Counted from the first letter of the stretch, positions 1-9,746 are shown. The stretch: 32,000 nucleotides of DNA from Psychrobacter sp. DM4 (GCF_051307035.1 NZ_CP195536.1:510001-542000), one strand, 5' to 3'. The notes: generated by a model not told the origin, from the letters alone. Program-made: numbers and translations.

Positions 1-357
1 AGCAACGGCGCCTGCGGATAGACCCGTACGACCGCCGCTTGGCGTCAAGACAACGCTGTGCTCGTTCGCTAGTAACACAATAGCTTGTACTTGCTCGGTG
101 GTCTTGGGAAAAGTAATAGCGGAGGCGGCAGGTGCAAAATGCTTGGTCCAGTCCTTGCCCCAATGTGTGAGGCTCTCACTATCGGTCTTGATTTGACTGC
201 TATCAAAATGATGCGTATCAATCAGGGCGCTTAGGATAGCTTGTACCGCTGTGCTGTTTGTTGCTGCGGGCGCAAGTGTTGGCTCATTGACGACAGATTG
301 GTCAGCGGCGTGCGTACGCTCGTGGGCGGGCAGGTTCTCAATAATAGATTCAGTCAT
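1..357 (-). CDS. FAD-binding oxidoreductase of the GlcD / D-2-hydroxyglutarate dehydrogenase-like family; N-terminal 119 codons only, gene continues past the window start
   Basis: My reverse-strand translation from ATG (complement of 355-357) reads MTESIIENLPAHERTHAADQ...ITFPKTTEQVQAIVLLANEHSVVLTPSGGRTGLSAGAVA. This is the typical start of a PCMH-type FAD-binding domain. The ORF is absent from the supplied track because it is open at the window edge. It is divergent from serA. Confidence 0.6.
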   Translation of the reverse strand, partial: MTESIIENLPAHERTHAADQSVVNEPTLAPAATNSTAVQAILSALIDTHHFDSSQIKTDSESLTHWGKDWTKHFAPAASAITFPKTTEQVQAIVLLANEHSVVLTPSGGRTGLSAGAVA

Positions 358-650
358 AATAGTCTCGACTATTTGCAGGGTAACGTATTGGACAAGTAGA
401 ATATAGCTAGTATTAGGCCGTGTTTGATCATTCACAAACGTGTTCTAATATTAGCACATCACAGATACATATTTAGAGCGCGTTTGACCCTTCACGGGTC
501 ACTATTGGTCACAATATCCACTGCGTATTTCATATTATCCTCTAACACCTAGCGATAATTTTGTGTAAGATAAGCGCATTGTTTTTTATTCCCCGTCGAC
601 TGCTGGTGTTATGACGCCAACAGTGACTCCAATTATAGGACAGATCTCAT

Positions 651-1877
651 ATGGCATTATCACTACAAAAAGATAAAATCCGTTTTCTATTATTAGAAGG
701 CGTCCATGATAACGCGCTTAAAGTGTTAGATAGCGCAGGTTACAGCAATATTGAATATCTCAGTCATGCGCTTGATCAAGATGAGCTGATTGAAAAAATC
801 AAAGACGCGCATTTTGTTGGTATTCGTTCGCGTACCCAATTGACGCGTGAAGTGCTTGAGCATGCCAAAAAGCTTATCGGTATCGGCTGTTTTTGTATTG
901 GTACCAACCAGGTAGATCTAGAAGCGGCACGTGAGATGGGTATTCCAGTATTCAACGCGCCGTACTCCAACACGCGCTCCGTTGCTGAGTTGGTGCTCGC
1001 TGAAGCCATCATGCTGTACCGCGGTATTCCAGAAAAGAATGCGACCGTACATCGCGGCGGCTGGGGCAAGTCTGCCAAAAACTCGCACGAAGTGCGCGGT
1101 AAGACCATCGGTATCGTCGGCTATGGCTCTATCGGCTCGCAGCTATCGGTACTCGCTGAGAGCTTTGGTATGAAAGTCATCTATCATGACGTTGTGACCA
1201 AATTACCACTGGGTAACGCGCATCAAGTCGGTAGTTTAGAAGAGCTGTTATCTACGGCCGATATCGTAACTCTACATGTGCCTGATGTGCCAAGCACGCG
1301 CTATATGATGAAAGCGGAGCAGTTTGCACAAATGAAGGACGGCAGCTACTTTATCAATGCAGCACGTGGTACTTGTGTTGAGATTGATGATTTGGCAGCG
1401 GTACTTGAGTCTGGCAAAGTGCTTGGCGCGGCGATCGATGTGTTCCCAAAAGAGCCAAAATCTGCGGATGAAGAGTTTGAGTCGCCACTACGTAAATTCG
1501 ATAATGTTATCTTGACGCCGCATATCGGTGGTTCAACACAAGAAGCGCAAGAAAACATCGGCTTTGAAGTCGCTGAGAAGTTCGTTCGCTACTCTGATCA
1601 AGGCGATACGGCAACAGCGGTCAACTTCCCAGAGGTTTCTGTACCGTTCAAAGAAGGCTCACACCGTCTGCTTCACATCCACAGAAACGTCCCAGGCGTA
1701 TTATCACAAATCAACCGTCTGTTCGCTGAAGCGCACATTAACATTCTGGCGCAGAGCTTGATGACAGAGGGCGATGTCGGTTATCTCGTCATGGATGTCG
1801 ATTATAACGATTCAGATGCAGCGCTTGATCAGCTCAAAGACGTAGAAGAGACGATCCGCGTGCGTATCTTGTTTTAA
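651..1877 (+). CDS. serA: D-3-phosphoglycerate dehydrogenase, long form with C-terminal ACT domain
   Basis: 408 aa. NAD-binding motif GIVGYGSIGSQ. 2-hydroxyacid dehydrogenase catalytic region (NAARG...TPHIGGST). The C-terminal ~80 aa resemble an ACT domain (HRLLHIHRNVPGVLSQIN). Length matches E. coli-type SerA. Confidence 0.93.
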   Translation: MALSLQKDKIRFLLLEGVHDNALKVLDSAGYSNIEYLSHALDQDELIEKIKDAHFVGIRSRTQLTREVLEHAKKLIGIGCFCIGTNQVDLEAAREMGIPVFNAPYSNTRSVAELVLAEAIMLYRGIPEKNATVHRGGWGKSAKNSHEVRGKTIGIVGYGSIGSQLSVLAESFGMKVIYHDVVTKLPLGNAHQVGSLEELLSTADIVTLHVPDVPSTRYMMKAEQFAQMKDGSYFINAARGTCVEIDDLAAVLESGKVLGAAIDVFPKEPKSADEEFESPLRKFDNVILTPHIGGSTQEAQENIGFEVAEKFVRYSDQGDTATAVNFPEVSVPFKEGSHRLLHIHRNVPGVLSQINRLFAEAHINILAQSLMTEGDVGYLVMDVDYNDSDAALDQLKDVEETIRVRILF

Positions 1878-1898
1878 TAGCACATAATAACGGTTCAA

Positions 1899-1932
1899 TA
1901 AAAAAGAGAGACTACTATAGTCTCTCTTTTTT
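1899..1932. terminator. Bidirectional rho-independent terminator between convergent serA and trhO
   Basis: Perfect 9-bp stem gagagacta (1906-1914) / tagtctctc (1918-1926), flanked by an A-tract upstream and a T-tract downstream. It can therefore act on both strands. Confidence 0.7.
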
Positions 1933-1978
1933 ATGGGTAGCGGTTAGAACGAATACAATAGAAATTATAGCGAAATAA

Positions 1979-3019
1979 TTATTTAATCTTATTAGCAGTA
2001 TCCGCTGGCAGGCGTGCTTTACTCTTCGCCGCTTTGCGCTTTTCGATGATGTCATTTACGTCGCTACCGATATGCGCCTCACCGCGCTTTGACGCCAGTT
2101 GCATCTGGTGCTCACGCTCGCGAAACCGTGCTTTTTGCGCGTCAGTCGCCTTATCTATACAATGCGGACAGGACTCGCCTTTGATATAAGCGGCGCTGTT
2201 CATATCCGCTTGAGTGATCGGCATACGGCAAGCAAAACACTGCTCATACTCGCCTTTTTCTAAGTCATGATTGACCGACACGCGGTTATCAAACACGAAG
2301 CAATCACCTTCCCACATCGACTGCTCTTGCGGCACCTCTTCTAAATATTTGAGGATGCCGCCTTCTAAATGATAGACCTCATCAAACCCTTGCTCACGTA
2401 AATAGGCGGTAGATTTTTCACAGCGGATACCGCCCGTGCAAAACATCGCCACCTTTTTATGCTTAGTAGGATCAAGCTCTTTTGCGACATACTCTGGAAA
2501 CTCACGAAAAGTATCTGTATGAGGATTGACCGCGTTCTTAAAGGTGCCGATCTGTACTTCGTAATCATTACGCGTATCGATCAACGTTACCTCTGGGTCG
2601 GATATCAGTGCGTTCCAATCCGCGGGCTTGACGTAGCGCCCAACGGATTGCATTGGGTCAATGTCTTCGATGCCCATCGTGACGATTTCTTTTTTGAGCT
2701 TCACCTTTGTACGATAAAACGGCTGCTCATGAGTATAAGACTCTTTGAAGGTAAAAGTGCCAATCGCTTCAATACTACGCAAATAGTCTAAGACAGTATC
2801 GATGCCCTGACGGCTACCAGATATCGTGCCATTAATACCCTCTGCGGCGATAAGTAGTGTGCCTTTGACATCGTTATCCAGCATGATGTTTAAAATAAGC
2901 TCACGGTACTGCTCAAAATCAGTGAATCGTGTAAATTTATACAGCGCTGCGACGACGATGTTGTTGATTTCGCTATCGTATACTTTTGGTTTTGTTAAAT
3001 GCTCGTTAGTCATGCTCAT
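1979..3019 (-). CDS. trhO: Rhodanese-domain tRNA uridine(34) hydroxylase (UPF0176 / YceA family)
   Basis: 346 aa. Rhodanese active-site loop [10 protein letters not shown]-terminal Cys cluster (CFACRMP...CPHC). Length and layout match YceA/TrhO. AGGAGA Shine-Dalgarno 6 nt upstream of the ATG at 3019. Confidence 0.85.
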   Translation of the reverse strand: MSMTNEHLTKPKVYDSEINNIVVAALYKFTRFTDFEQYRELILNIMLDNDVKGTLLIAAEGINGTISGSRQGIDTVLDYLRSIEAIGTFTFKESYTHEQPFYRTKVKLKKEIVTMGIEDIDPMQSVGRYVKPADWNALISDPEVTLIDTRNDYEVQIGTFKNAVNPHTDTFREFPEYVAKELDPTKHKKVAMFCTGGIRCEKSTAYLREQGFDEVYHLEGGILKYLEEVPQEQSMWEGDCFVFDNRVSVNHDLEKGEYEQCFACRMPITQADMNSAAYIKGESCPHCIDKATDAQKARFREREHQMQLASKRGEAHIGSDVNDIIEKRKAAKSKARLPADTANKIK

Positions 3020-3310
3020 GATATCTCCTGCTGGCTAGGACGTAAACCTAGTGCAATGATGGGTTAAAAAGTGGACTACATTTATCCGATTGTGGAGTTC
3101 ATAAATGCGCGCGTAGTGTAGCAAATTTGGGATGGGTTTTGAACTGGGCTTTGATACTTGCACTATGAATAAGCTTCATCTTCTTAAGATTACGAAATAC
3201 TCAGAGTACATGGCTATGATGATGAGGACACTACTGTTTGCCTTAAATTATTCAACAGAATATAAATTTTGCAGAGGAAGTAAAATATTTTAGACAAGCC
3301 AACCTTTAAA

Positions 3311-3343
3311 CCCAAAAAATCCAGCGCAAAAGCTGGATTTTTA
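3311..3343 (-). terminator. Rho-independent terminator downstream of the Sel1-repeat gene
   Basis: Stem aaatccagc (3317-3325) / gctggattt (3332-3340) with loop gcaaaa. The A-run at 3314-3319 becomes the U-tract on the minus-strand transcript. Confidence 0.6.
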
Positions 3344-3366
3344 TTTGGTAATAATTAGTTTAAAGC

Positions 3367-3948
3367 TTATTTACTCTGAAACCAAGTATCTGCTTTCGTG
3401 CGGGCACTAGCAATATCTGAGCTTGATAAGTTCAATGCCAACTGGCCGATTTTACCACGGGCTTTAGTGCGTACCTTTTCATCGAGCATACCGTCACGGG
3501 CAGCAAGGTCATACCATTTATAAGCATCGACTAGATTTTTTTGCTTCTCATCGAGTAGTGCGAGGGTATAGCTGGCGCGGTTATCGCCGCTCATTGCTGC
3601 TTTCTCTAACCATTTGCGCGCTTGTTGTAGATTTGGCTGGACGCCTTCGCCGCGCAAGTACATGATGGCGAGATTGAGCTGGGCAGGGGCGACGCCTTGC
3701 TCTGCTGCGCGGGTATACCACTCAACAGCTTTTGACGTATTCTGAGCGATGTCTTGCCCTTTTTGCAGACGCTTAGCTAGATAGAACTGCGCATGATCGT
3801 TACCTTGAGCGGCGCGAGCAGACAACTCACTGACAGGCATGATCTCAAAGCGTGACGTATCAAGTGGAATGTTGGCAATCAATTCAGCATTGGCTAAACC
3901 GGCACAAGAGAAAAGGGCAGTAAACAAGGCAGCTTTTAGCAGTTTCAT
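3367..3948 (-). CDS. Secreted Sel1-repeat (TPR-like) protein
   Basis: Start moved to the ATG at 3948, which has GGAG 5 nt upstream; the track start at 3969 is a TTG. Signal peptide MKLLKAALFTALFSCAGLANA. Three to four Sel1-type repeats (A.A...LA.MY..G.GV..N...A..W..KAA). Confidence 0.8.
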   Translation of the reverse strand: MKLLKAALFTALFSCAGLANAELIANIPLDTSRFEIMPVSELSARAAQGNDHAQFYLAKRLQKGQDIAQNTSKAVEWYTRAAEQGVAPAQLNLAIMYLRGEGVQPNLQQARKWLEKAAMSGDNRASYTLALLDEKQKNLVDAYKWYDLAARDGMLDEKVRTKARGKIGQLALNLSSSDIASARTKADTWFQSK

Positions 3949-4268
3949 AGCAGCTCCAAAAAAGGGCAATAGAGTAAGTGGAAATATTTGGCTTAGATAG
4001 CTATTTGACCTAAAGTAAGAACAGCTTGTTTTACTATCGAACGAATAATAAAAACTACTATCAAAAGGCTATATCTAGGGTGTTATTAACAAGATTTGAT
4101 TAGCTTACCACTCAAAGTTACAAAACTCAAATACTAATTACTTGCTTTAACACAAGTTTTTGAATGGTTTTTGGTAACTAAATCATACTGTTAATCAACT
4201 GAGTGTTTGAACAAGACTATAATCAAAAGTATTCATACTTGTTGAGTCTATTTTTTAATTAGATATAA

Positions 4269-4293
4269 CTCTCAAATTTCTACTTTTTGAGAG
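4269..4293 (-). terminator. Hairpin immediately downstream of metW; possible weak terminator
   Basis: 8-bp stem ctctcaaa (4269-4276) / tttgagag (4286-4293). On the minus strand the sequence after the stem is AT-rich but not a clean U-tract. Confidence 0.35.
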
Positions 4294-4298
4294 ATGGT

Positions 4299-4919
4299 TT
4301 AGAGTGGCATCGAACGTTTTGTTACCCTATAAATAGCAACGTCAGCAAGCAGGTTGGGCGCATGTCTAATAAGAGTCGTCATCAGCGGACTATGGCCCTT
4401 ATCTGAGTCACTGACAGCGAAGCGGTTGATGATATCAATGCCGTGTTCAGCACATAAGGCTTCAAAGTCTTTGAAAGTACACAGATGGATATTGGGCGTG
4501 TTGTACCACTCATAAGGCAGCGCTTCTGAGACGGGCATTAGACCTTTGAGACCAAGATGGATGCGGTTTTGCCAGTGAGCAAAATTGGGGAAAGTAATGA
4601 CGGCCTCAGTCGCTACGCGCAGCATATCTAATAGCAATAGATCAGGAGATTTGACCGCTTGTAGGGCACGTGCCATCACTACCGTATCGAAGCTATTATC
4701 GGCAAACCTTGCCAAGCCATCGTTCAAGTCTTGCTCAACGATCGACAAGCCTTTACCGATAGCGTCGTTAATTTTGTCCTCATCAATCTCAAGCCCGTAT
4801 CCTGTCACCCCAAGCTTTGTGTGCAAATGTGTGAGCAGCTCGCCATTGCCACAGCCCAAATCGAGCACATGCGAGCCTGGAGCAATCCAGCGCTCAGCCA
4901 ATTGATAGTCCATTCTCAC
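4299..4919 (-). CDS. metW: Methionine biosynthesis protein MetW (SAM-methyltransferase-like partner of MetX)
   Basis: 206 aa. [12 protein letters not shown] motif. As I recall them, the N-terminus ([12 protein letters not shown]) and C-terminal half ([21 protein letters not shown]) follow Pseudomonas MetW. The GTG start overlaps the metX TGA stop by 2 nt (the two codons together read GTGA, 4916-4919), which suggests translational coupling. Confidence 0.9.
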   Translation of the reverse strand: MRMDYQLAERWIAPGSHVLDLGCGNGELLTHLHTKLGVTGYGLEIDEDKINDAIGKGLSIVEQDLNDGLARFADNSFDTVVMARALQAVKSPDLLLLDMLRVATEAVITFPNFAHWQNRIHLGLKGLMPVSEALPYEWYNTPNIHLCTFKDFEALCAEHGIDIINRFAVSDSDKGHSPLMTTLIRHAPNLLADVAIYRVTKRSMPL

Positions 4920-6304
4920 AAGCGTGCTCCTATGCGGCTGGTAGTGATAAAGGGCGCAGTCAAGAATCCTTTTATCGCGCCCATATAACGCGGAATATCA
5001 AACAAAAACGAATCGTGACCGTGCGGCGCATCGATATTGATGTAGTTGACCGGTTTGCCTGTCGCCATAAGCGCATCGACGATCTCTTGCGAGCGCTCAG
5101 GGGCAAAGCGCCAATCAGTCGTGAATGACACTACTAGATACTGACATTGAGTATGAGCAAAAGTGGCTTTGAGATCAGTAAGCTCATTTTCATAATTAAT
5201 CTCTTTATTGAGGGTATCACTATCTTTTATATCTTTACCTTTTGCGTCACTATCAAAGATACGATCTTCTTTGATTTCATTATCATTGATGTGTCCACGA
5301 GTCGGATCGAAATAATCTAATGCTTTGGTCATCAATAGATAGGTATTGGCATCGAAGTTTTCGCTAAAGCGCTCGCCTTGATAGCGCAGATAGCTCTCGA
5401 CCTGAAACTCTACATCATAGCCATACATAAACTTGCCGGACTTTAGGTCACGACCGAACTTGGCTTTCATAGCATCATCAGTCAAATAAGTAATATGCCC
5501 GACCATGCGCGCTAATATTAGACCGCGGCGCGGATAAGTGCCCGCTTGCAAGTAGCGTCCTTCCTTAAAGTCAGGATCTGATAGTATCGACTGACGCGCC
5601 ACCTCGTTAAAAGCGATGTTCTGTGCTGAGAGTTTGGGCGTACTGGCAATCACCACGCAGCGCCTGAGACGCTCTGGATAATCGACTGACCACTGTAGCG
5701 CTTGCATACCGCCCATTGAGCCACCAACGATAGCATGCCAAACCTGTACCCCTAAACGATCTGAGAGCAGCGCCTGCGTGCCAACCCAGTCTTTGATGGT
5801 GACTAGCGGAAAGTCAGGACCGTAAGGCTGCGGCTGACCCTCCACTATGCTGGCAGGATTGATGGACGTTGGGCCTGTCGAGCCAAAGCAGCTGCCGATA
5901 TTATTGACACAGACTACAAAAAATTCATTGGTATCGATAGATTTACCAGGACCGATCATATTGTCCCACCAGCCCGCTTTTTTGTCAGCATCGTCGTGAT
6001 AGCCTGCAGCATGATGACTACCAGATAGCGCATGACATATTAAGATAGCGTTTGATTTATCAGCATTCAACGCGCCGTAGGTCTCAAATACCAAGTCGAA
6101 CGAAGGCAAAGTGCGATTGCACTCCAAGGTGAAAGGCGCATCGAAATGGTAAGTCTGCGGCGTGACAATACCCACTGTGCTTGCATCAACTGAACTTGCA
6201 CTAGATGAATCGACTGATTCACTCAAGGCAGCTGATGGCTCAGCCTCAGAATCAGAAGGTTTGTGGCTCATAGCGTGATTATTCGTATTAGGACATGCGC
6301 TCAA
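4916..6304 (-). CDS. metX: Homoserine O-acyltransferase MetX (acetyl versus succinyl donor not decidable here)
   Basis: 462 aa alpha/beta hydrolase. Nucleophile elbow GGSMGG. Conserved blocks [58 protein letters not shown]. The track start is a TTG at 6304 with GAGGT 4 nt upstream. The first ATG is at 6271 (M12), so the start is uncertain. Confidence 0.9.
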   Translation of the reverse strand: MSACPNTNNHAMSHKPSDSEAEPSAALSESVDSSSASSVDASTVGIVTPQTYHFDAPFTLECNRTLPSFDLVFETYGALNADKSNAILICHALSGSHHAAGYHDDADKKAGWWDNMIGPGKSIDTNEFFVVCVNNIGSCFGSTGPTSINPASIVEGQPQPYGPDFPLVTIKDWVGTQALLSDRLGVQVWHAIVGGSMGGMQALQWSVDYPERLRRCVVIASTPKLSAQNIAFNEVARQSILSDPDFKEGRYLQAGTYPRRGLILARMVGHITYLTDDAMKAKFGRDLKSGKFMYGYDVEFQVESYLRYQGERFSENFDANTYLLMTKALDYFDPTRGHINDNEIKEDRIFDSDAKGKDIKDSDTLNKEINYENELTDLKATFAHTQCQYLVVSFTTDWRFAPERSQEIVDALMATGKPVNYINIDAPHGHDSFLFDIPRYMGAIKGFLTAPFITTSRIGARL

Positions 6305-6594
6305 AGCTACCTCACAAGATGACAGACAATAAAAAGGCGATCACTATCGCTATAGGCATCTATTGTATGGCGATGCGCTGATGAGTACAACCTTCACACT
6401 TAATATACTGTATTGAGCGGCTCTGATAAGGTGTAAAGTGCTACACTTATGCTACAGTCGCCGCCGTCTCTGACCGTATTATTTGGCTACTATTATTAAT
6501 AAATATCTAGTATAAAGATAATGTTGTTAAATCAAGCTTAATAGTTTAACGTTGACTACTTGCCATCTTAATCCCTTTTATAAAATGTGCTGCT

Positions 6595-7614
6595 ATGAAA
6601 CCTAAATTACCTCCACGTATTGCCGTTTTACTGATCAACCTAGGTACGCCAGATGAGCCAACCGCGCCTGCGGTACGTCGCTATTTGCGTCAGTTTTTAT
6701 CAGATCCCAGAGTTATCGAGATCCCGCGGTTCTTGTGGGCGATTATTCTCAATCTATTTGTATTACCAAATCGGCCCAAACGCGTCGCCGAAGCTTATGC
6801 TAGCATCTGGGATGGCGATTCACCGATGCGTAATATTTTGAATGGTCAAGTCCAAAAGCTAGAGCCGCGTTTGGCCACTGCTAATGCACCATTTAGAGTG
6901 TCTGTCCATGCAGCGATGAGTTATGGCAATCCTGGATTGCCTGATGTTATGGATAAGCTGCGCGGCGAGGGCGTCGATCACTTTGTATTGCTACCTGTAT
7001 TTCCGCAATATTCTGCGACATCAAGTGGGGCGGTATATGATGCGATTAATAAGTGGGCGCTCAAGCAGCGCAACCTGCCCAATTATACCATCGTCAAAGA
7101 TTACTTCGCCCATCCGCTCTATATAAAGGCTTTGGCGGACAGTATTCGTAGGTTTCAGGCCAAACATGGCAAACCCGACAAGTTGATGTTTAGCTTTCAT
7201 GGTATTCCGCAGCCGTATGCGGACAAAGGCGATCCGTACCCTAAACGTTGTAAGTGTACCGCAGCGCAGGTGGCACAAGCATTAGGTCTAGGCGAGAATG
7301 AATGGATTATTAGCTTTCAGTCGCGCTTTGGGAAGCAAGAATGGGTCAAGCCGTATACCGATGTCGTGTTGGATGATTGGGCCAAATCAGGCGTCAAATC
7401 CGTGCAAATTATTAGTCCTGCGTTTTCAGCGGATTGTCTTGAGACGCTAGAGGAGCTGGCGATTGAAAACCGTGAAAACTTCATTGAGGCAGGCGGGCAA
7501 GAGTATCATTATATTCCTGCGCTCAATATGGATGACGCACACATAGATCTATTAGAAGCGATGAGCGCGCCACTGGTCAAAGGCTGGGCAGGTACGCTTG
7601 ATGGCTGGGTGTAA
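6595..7614 (+). CDS. hemH: Ferrochelatase
   Basis: 339 aa. N-terminal [11 protein letters not shown]...VRRYL..FL.D.RV. The FSFHGIP block and the QSRFG...W..P block are typical of HemH. Confidence 0.92.
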   Translation: MKPKLPPRIAVLLINLGTPDEPTAPAVRRYLRQFLSDPRVIEIPRFLWAIILNLFVLPNRPKRVAEAYASIWDGDSPMRNILNGQVQKLEPRLATANAPFRVSVHAAMSYGNPGLPDVMDKLRGEGVDHFVLLPVFPQYSATSSGAVYDAINKWALKQRNLPNYTIVKDYFAHPLYIKALADSIRRFQAKHGKPDKLMFSFHGIPQPYADKGDPYPKRCKCTAAQVAQALGLGENEWIISFQSRFGKQEWVKPYTDVVLDDWAKSGVKSVQIISPAFSADCLETLEELAIENRENFIEAGGQEYHYIPALNMDDAHIDLLEAMSAPLVKGWAGTLDGWV

Positions 7615-7655
7615 TTCGTTCCTCCCTTCTTAATATATATAAAACATTCACATGC

Positions 7656-7691
7656 AAAAAAGCCCGCTCAATACTATTGAACGGGCTTTTT
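7656..7691. terminator. Bidirectional rho-independent terminator between convergent hemH and the acidic-protein gene
   Basis: Long stem aaaaagcccgctcaata / tattgaacgggcttttt with one C-A mismatch. An A-tract sits on the 5' side and a T-tract on the 3' side. Confidence 0.65.
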
Positions 7692-7726
7692 ACTTTTAGA
7701 ATATAGAGTCATGAGAATATAGAGGG

Positions 7727-8065
7727 TTATAGATCATCACCATTGCTACTTTGGGCGGCGTCTCTATCAGCGATGTCGACGATATCAGGATAGCCCTTGT
7801 CATGTAGATTGTCCTCTACCAATAACTCATCGACACGCGACTCATCGACATTTTGATGATGCATAGGCGTCACACCTTGAGTAGCATCTGTACCCACTTC
7901 TGAATTATCAAAACCGGCACTGTTATCGATCACATCGTCGTTATCGATAGTATGCAGCATAGGGTCGTCTAGATTAATCAGTTGATCATCCTTGTCCATA
8001 TCCATGCTTTTATGGCTAGCAATCTCGTTCATCTCTTCAGGTATTGGCTGTTTTGAATTATCCAT
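7727..8065 (-). CDS. Hypothetical highly acidic small protein (112 aa, probably disordered)
   Basis: ORF with an AAGGAA Shine-Dalgarno 6-7 nt upstream of the ATG at 8065. By my count it has 23 Asp and 7 Glu against 6 Lys/Arg. No TM segment, no signal peptide, no motif I recognise. It lies 42 bp downstream of the SDR gene on the same strand. Confidence 0.55.
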   Translation of the reverse strand: MDNSKQPIPEEMNEIASHKSMDMDKDDQLINLDDPMLHTIDNDDVIDNSAGFDNSEVGTDATQGVTPMHHQNVDESRVDELLVEDNLHDKGYPDIVDIADRDAAQSSNGDDL

Positions 8066-8107
8066 TATAGTTCCTTACTATTTAAATTTGAATAGGTAGC
8101 GATGATG

Positions 8108-8896
8108 TTACTTCGCGCCGATTCTTTTGTTAATCATGCGAATAATAACGTCTGGGGTCACCTGTGAGGTCGTTTGCAAAATCTTTGCAGGCAGGCCAAT
8201 AGGGTAATGCGTACGAGTGATCTTGCGATTAGGGCTTGACGCTAACTTGCACAGCTTTTTAGCGACGTCATCCACTGTCAAATTGATACCTAAACGGTCA
8301 ATGCTAGTAACTTCAATGTCTTTGGTCATATCAGACTTGACCCATAATGGCATCACATCAAAAACCTTGATACCCAGCTCGCTATATTCGATATTTAGTG
8401 CTTCAGTCAAACCGCGTACAAAGAACTTGCTCGCAGAGTAAGTTGCGACCTCAGACTGACCATAGATCGCAGAGGCAGAGGATAAGTTTATGATTTTACC
8501 GTCTGTACTATCTGTTAAGTAAGAAGCCAGCTTATGACAGCCGATCAAGACGCCTTTGCAGTTGATATCCACAAGCGATAATTGCTTGTCTAAATCGATA
8601 GACGGCAGATGACCACTAGCAAGGATACCTGCATTATTAATCAATATATCAATACCACCGAAGTTGTCGACCATGTGCTCGATAGCTGTATCCCAATCTG
8701 TAGTCTTAGTGACGTTGAGATTACCTGTAATAATACGCTGTTTTTTATGCGCTTTTTTAAAGGCTTTATCTTTACTGGCATGCTCAAGCTCGCTGGTATC
8801 AATGTCGAATAAGCCTACGCTATGGCCCTTTGCTGCCAGACGTTTGGCAGTCGCCAAACCAATTCCGCGTGATGCACCAGTGATCAATATATTCAT
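8108..8896 (-). CDS. Classical short-chain dehydrogenase/reductase (SDR); substrate unknown
   Basis: 262 aa. Cofactor motif TGASRGIG. NNAG motif. Catalytic Ser...YSASK triad. Confidence 0.88.
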   Translation of the reverse strand: MNILITGASRGIGLATAKRLAAKGHSVGLFDIDTSELEHASKDKAFKKAHKKQRIITGNLNVTKTTDWDTAIEHMVDNFGGIDILINNAGILASGHLPSIDLDKQLSLVDINCKGVLIGCHKLASYLTDSTDGKIINLSSASAIYGQSEVATYSASKFFVRGLTEALNIEYSELGIKVFDVMPLWVKSDMTKDIEVTSIDRLGINLTVDDVAKKLCKLASSPNRKITRTHYPIGLPAKILQTTSQVTPDVIIRMINKRIGAK

Positions 8897-9037
8897 GTGT
8901 GTCTCCTTTTTTGATGAGGGTGAATATGGTTTAATCGAGAGTAGAATTATAAGTTATTTTTTTATCTACTCACTTTACTACTTTTTACAGGTCGGCGCAG
9001 GTCTTTTAATAGTGCTATATATCTACTTTGGTTTATA

Positions 9038-9589
9038 TTATTGACGGACCCTCTCAAAGTGTGAGCTAGTGGTTAACTGCTTCTCAAAATCACTTAGTGT
9101 AAACGTCCAGAGATACCAGAGTGCTATGGCATAAACGATGCCTTCGGTGAGCTCTTCAATCGCGACGCCAACGCTCTCTGAAAAGACTATAGTGTTCTCG
9201 CCCATATATTGAAGTATTGCGAGTAGGGTAACGGTAAGGTATAAAGACACGGGTACGCGCTTTAGCAGGGACCACAGATAACGCCAAGCATAAACGAGTA
9301 GTCCTAAAGCGATCACATAGATAATTATGAGCACCGTATCCTCCCACCACTCGTAAGTGTGATTGAATAGGAGAAGGTTGCTGGGTATCACTAATTCTGG
9401 CAGATGATTAAGCTCGCGGCGTATTACCGTAAAAAATATCAGAGTAGATGCCAACCAAAAGCTGCGACCTTGCTTGATATCACTTTGTATAGCGTATTGC
9501 ACGCAGCGCAGCAAGCAGGCAGCTAATAAGATAGAGCCTACAATCTCGATAATGCCGTTTTCGGTAAAAATAGGATGTCTCCTAAACAA
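9038..9589 (-). CDS. Hypothetical integral membrane protein (about 5 predicted TM segments)
   Basis: 183-aa ORF with several hydrophobic stretches (IIEIVGSILLAACLL, FWLASTLIFFTVI, VLIIIYVIALGLLVYAW, LYLTVTLLAILQY, IVYAIALWYLWTF). The track start is a TTG with no convincing Shine-Dalgarno and there is no early ATG. No recognisable family. Confidence 0.45.
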   Translation of the reverse strand: MFRRHPIFTENGIIEIVGSILLAACLLRCVQYAIQSDIKQGRSFWLASTLIFFTVIRRELNHLPELVIPSNLLLFNHTYEWWEDTVLIIIYVIALGLLVYAWRYLWSLLKRVPVSLYLTVTLLAILQYMGENTIVFSESVGVAIEELTEGIVYAIALWYLWTFTLSDFEKQLTTSSHFERVRQ

Positions 9590-9593
9590 TAAA

Positions 9594-9631
9594 GCAACGA
9601 GAAGTCAGCTTAGCTACTCACTTCTCGTTGC
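9594..9631 (-). terminator. Probable polA terminator hairpin
   Basis: Perfect 12-bp stem gcaacgagaagt (9594-9605) / acttctcgttgc (9620-9631) with a 14-nt loop. On the minus strand it is followed by tttattgttt. It lies downstream of the polA stop at 9747. Confidence 0.55.
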
Positions 9632-9746
9632 CGTAATCTTAAGTACTGAGTTTAAAAGACGCATTATATCGCTGAATATAATGTTGTGCCATTATGTATA
9701 TTGACTAATTAACTCACTAATGAGATTGATGTTTTTAATGCTCATA

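Noticed and set aside
3020-3366. A 25-codon ORF (MAMMMRTLLFALNYSTEYKFCRGSK, starting about 3210, plus strand) in the trhO upstream spacer, considered as a possible small membrane peptide or type I toxin.
   Set aside because: It has no Shine-Dalgarno, no convincing TM-length hydrophobic stretch, and no antisense RNA signature or flanking repeats. It is indistinguishable from a chance ORF in AT-rich spacer.
6305-6594. A possible SAM-responsive riboswitch in the metX leader. The leader ends in ...gaggtagctttga, which loosely recalls the AAAGCU element of SAM-II.
   Set aside because: I could not reconstruct the SAM-II pseudoknot or any other SAM riboswitch consensus from the sequence by eye. SAM-II is also mainly an alphaproteobacterial element. 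A covariance-model scan (Rfam/Infernal) would be needed, so this is unsupported as it stands.
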